DNA of 64,000 bases from an uncultured Gammaproteobacteria bacterium. GTDB lineage: Bacteria > Pseudomonadota > Gammaproteobacteria > Steroidobacterales > Woeseiaceae. Both the position numbers and the translations under genes were made by a program. The DNA lies in the NCBI GenBank assembly GCA_963807845.1, contig CAWEDS010000001.1:32368-96367 (forward strand), written 5' to 3'. Of the stretch, positions 63,254-64,000 are shown piece by piece. Below the pieces are notes generated by a model. It was not told the DNA's origin, made no database searches, and saw only the letters and a program-made list of their open reading frames with translations. The first letter of the stretch is position 1. The number at the start of each line of letters is the position of its first letter.

Positions 63254-63284
63254 GAGCGACCGCTCCTGGAAAGAGCAGACGTTC
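63254..63284 (+). repeat. intergenic repeat unit 5
   Basis: gagcgaCCGCTcCTGGaaagaGCaGACgTtc. Confidence 0.55.
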
Positions 63285-63317
63285 AGAGCGCGATTTTCGA
63301 AAAATCTGATCTGAGGG

Positions 63318-63347
63318 GCCGGTTACCGCTCCATAGCCGACGTAAGC
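63318..63347 (+). repeat. intergenic repeat unit 6 (most diverged)
   Basis: gccggttaCCGCTcCatagCCGACgTaagc. Confidence 0.4.
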
Positions 63348-63350
63348 CTG

Positions 63351-63392
63351 GGATCAAGGAATTAGGCGGCTGTTGACCCGAAGCCGACATCG
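63351..63392 (+). repeat. intergenic repeat unit 7 (extended form)
   Basis: ggatcaaggaattagGCGGCTgtTGAcCCgaaGCcGACATcg. Confidence 0.55.
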
Positions 63393-63716
63393 ACACAATC
63401 TAATCCCTGGCGAAAACAACGCCTTTAATTGGTGCAAAGTGGAAAATATAGTCGGGTTATCGTCTGCTATACTCTGTGGCACGGCAATTAGCCGACCCCC
63501 GACTAGTGACTCTGTCCGTTTGCTCTGGGTTCCTCCTCGGTCCTGAATCTCATACTTCGGACCAATGACCTTCTAAAGGTCGACGAATCGCCTGGCCGCT
63601 CCTAAGAGAGCGGGCTCAACGCGGCTTCGTATTCGACCTATTCACCGAATAGTAACCTGTGAGCAGGCGACAAAACCGCGGTCGCTAACTGTGCATTCAA
63701 AGTCGGGGACTAACAG

Positions 63717-64000
63717 ATGTCTTTTAACCGCATTTTCTTAAGCTTCGTATGTGTCATTGGATTAGTAACGGTCGCGTCGCCCGCAAGCGCGCAACTGGTG
63801 CTCGTATTCACAGGATTTCGAGGGCCTGGCGGTGGCCGAACCATCGCCCGGCAACAACGCACTGTCCGGCGATAGCTGGCTCGCGTTTCGCCAATGTATT
63901 TCAGCCCGACGGCGTAACTTTTGATAGCGGTTACTCGTCGACTATTGCGAACATCCAGGGTTCAGGCGCGGCATTTGCCAACGTTGCCACAGGTGAGGGC
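63717..64000 (+). pseudogene. secreted protein, 5' fragment running off the window; two frame changes (~63795, ~63890)
   Basis: ATG 63717 after ggggac. Signal peptide MSFNRIFLSFVCVIGLVTVASPASAQ, then YSQDFEGLAVAEPSPGNNALSGDSWLAF and ANVFQPDGVTFDSGYSSTIANIQGSG in the other two frames. Confidence 0.35.

Noticed and set aside
60429-64000. Integron-like cassette array: short same-strand genes separated by imperfect palindromic repeats.
   Set aside because: The spacers lack paired RYYYAAC / GTTRRRY core sites at their ends. The repeats are ~30 nt rather than attC-like 60-130 nt bipartite palindromes. There is no intI gene or attI in the window. This cannot be excluded without the flanking sequence.

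Overview
This window is 64 kb of high-GC chromosomal DNA from a diderm (Gram-negative) bacterium. The gene content (TonB-dependent receptors, ExbBD, a PlpD-like autotransporter, liu genes, IcmF) looks proteobacterial, probably gammaproteobacterial; that is inference only. I can support about 57 protein-coding loci, 3 hairpin terminators, a few candidate operator palindromes and one short intergenic repeat family. I found no rRNA, tRNA, CRISPR array, transposase, integrase or phage genes.

Layout:
- 1-2.3 kb: dehydratase fragment, orphan ParA-like ATPase, GFA-family gene and a Cys/His-rich ORF.
- 2.6-16.8 kb: TonB-dependent receptor, S9 peptidase, head-to-head ilvI and ilvH, proBA, glpD-like gene, second receptor.
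- 16.9-26.1 kb: PlpD-like patatin autotransporter, a small kinase-like gene, a ~1360-codon AAA-like ATPase / TM / P-domain / WD40 gene, and an LplT-PlsC fusion.
- 26.3-31.5 kb: lipoprotein, then a same-strand MscS, SYLF, M48 peptidase and LemA block.
- 31.6-42.6 kb: ApbE, a TlpA-like redoxin and a nine-gene TPR / ExbB-ExbD-ExbD / TonB-like (AgmX-PglI type) operon.
- 42.8-59.2 kb: hypoxanthine-DNA glycosylase, VOC proteins, MAPEG, P-II, desaturase, LuxR-type regulator, liuA-liuB, APH-like kinase, MaoC, crotonase, Sel1, TetR, IcmF, OFA transporter.
- 59.2-64 kb: a hydrolase, then a visibly lower-GC tail with small secreted or membrane proteins and a 7-copy intergenic repeat.

Major caveat: roughly half of the loci have their reading frame broken one to many times as assembled, while several long genes are perfectly intact. 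The type 'pseudogene' below therefore means 'frame-interrupted in this sequence', not proven decay. Many start and end coordinates of broken genes are approximate.

The best candidates for something undescribed are the receptor-less TPR/ExbBD/AgmX-PglI-type operon (33361-42556) and the membrane-spanning AAA-like ATPase-P-domain-WD40 giant (20144-24235). All family assignments rest on motif recognition by eye, since no searches could be run.
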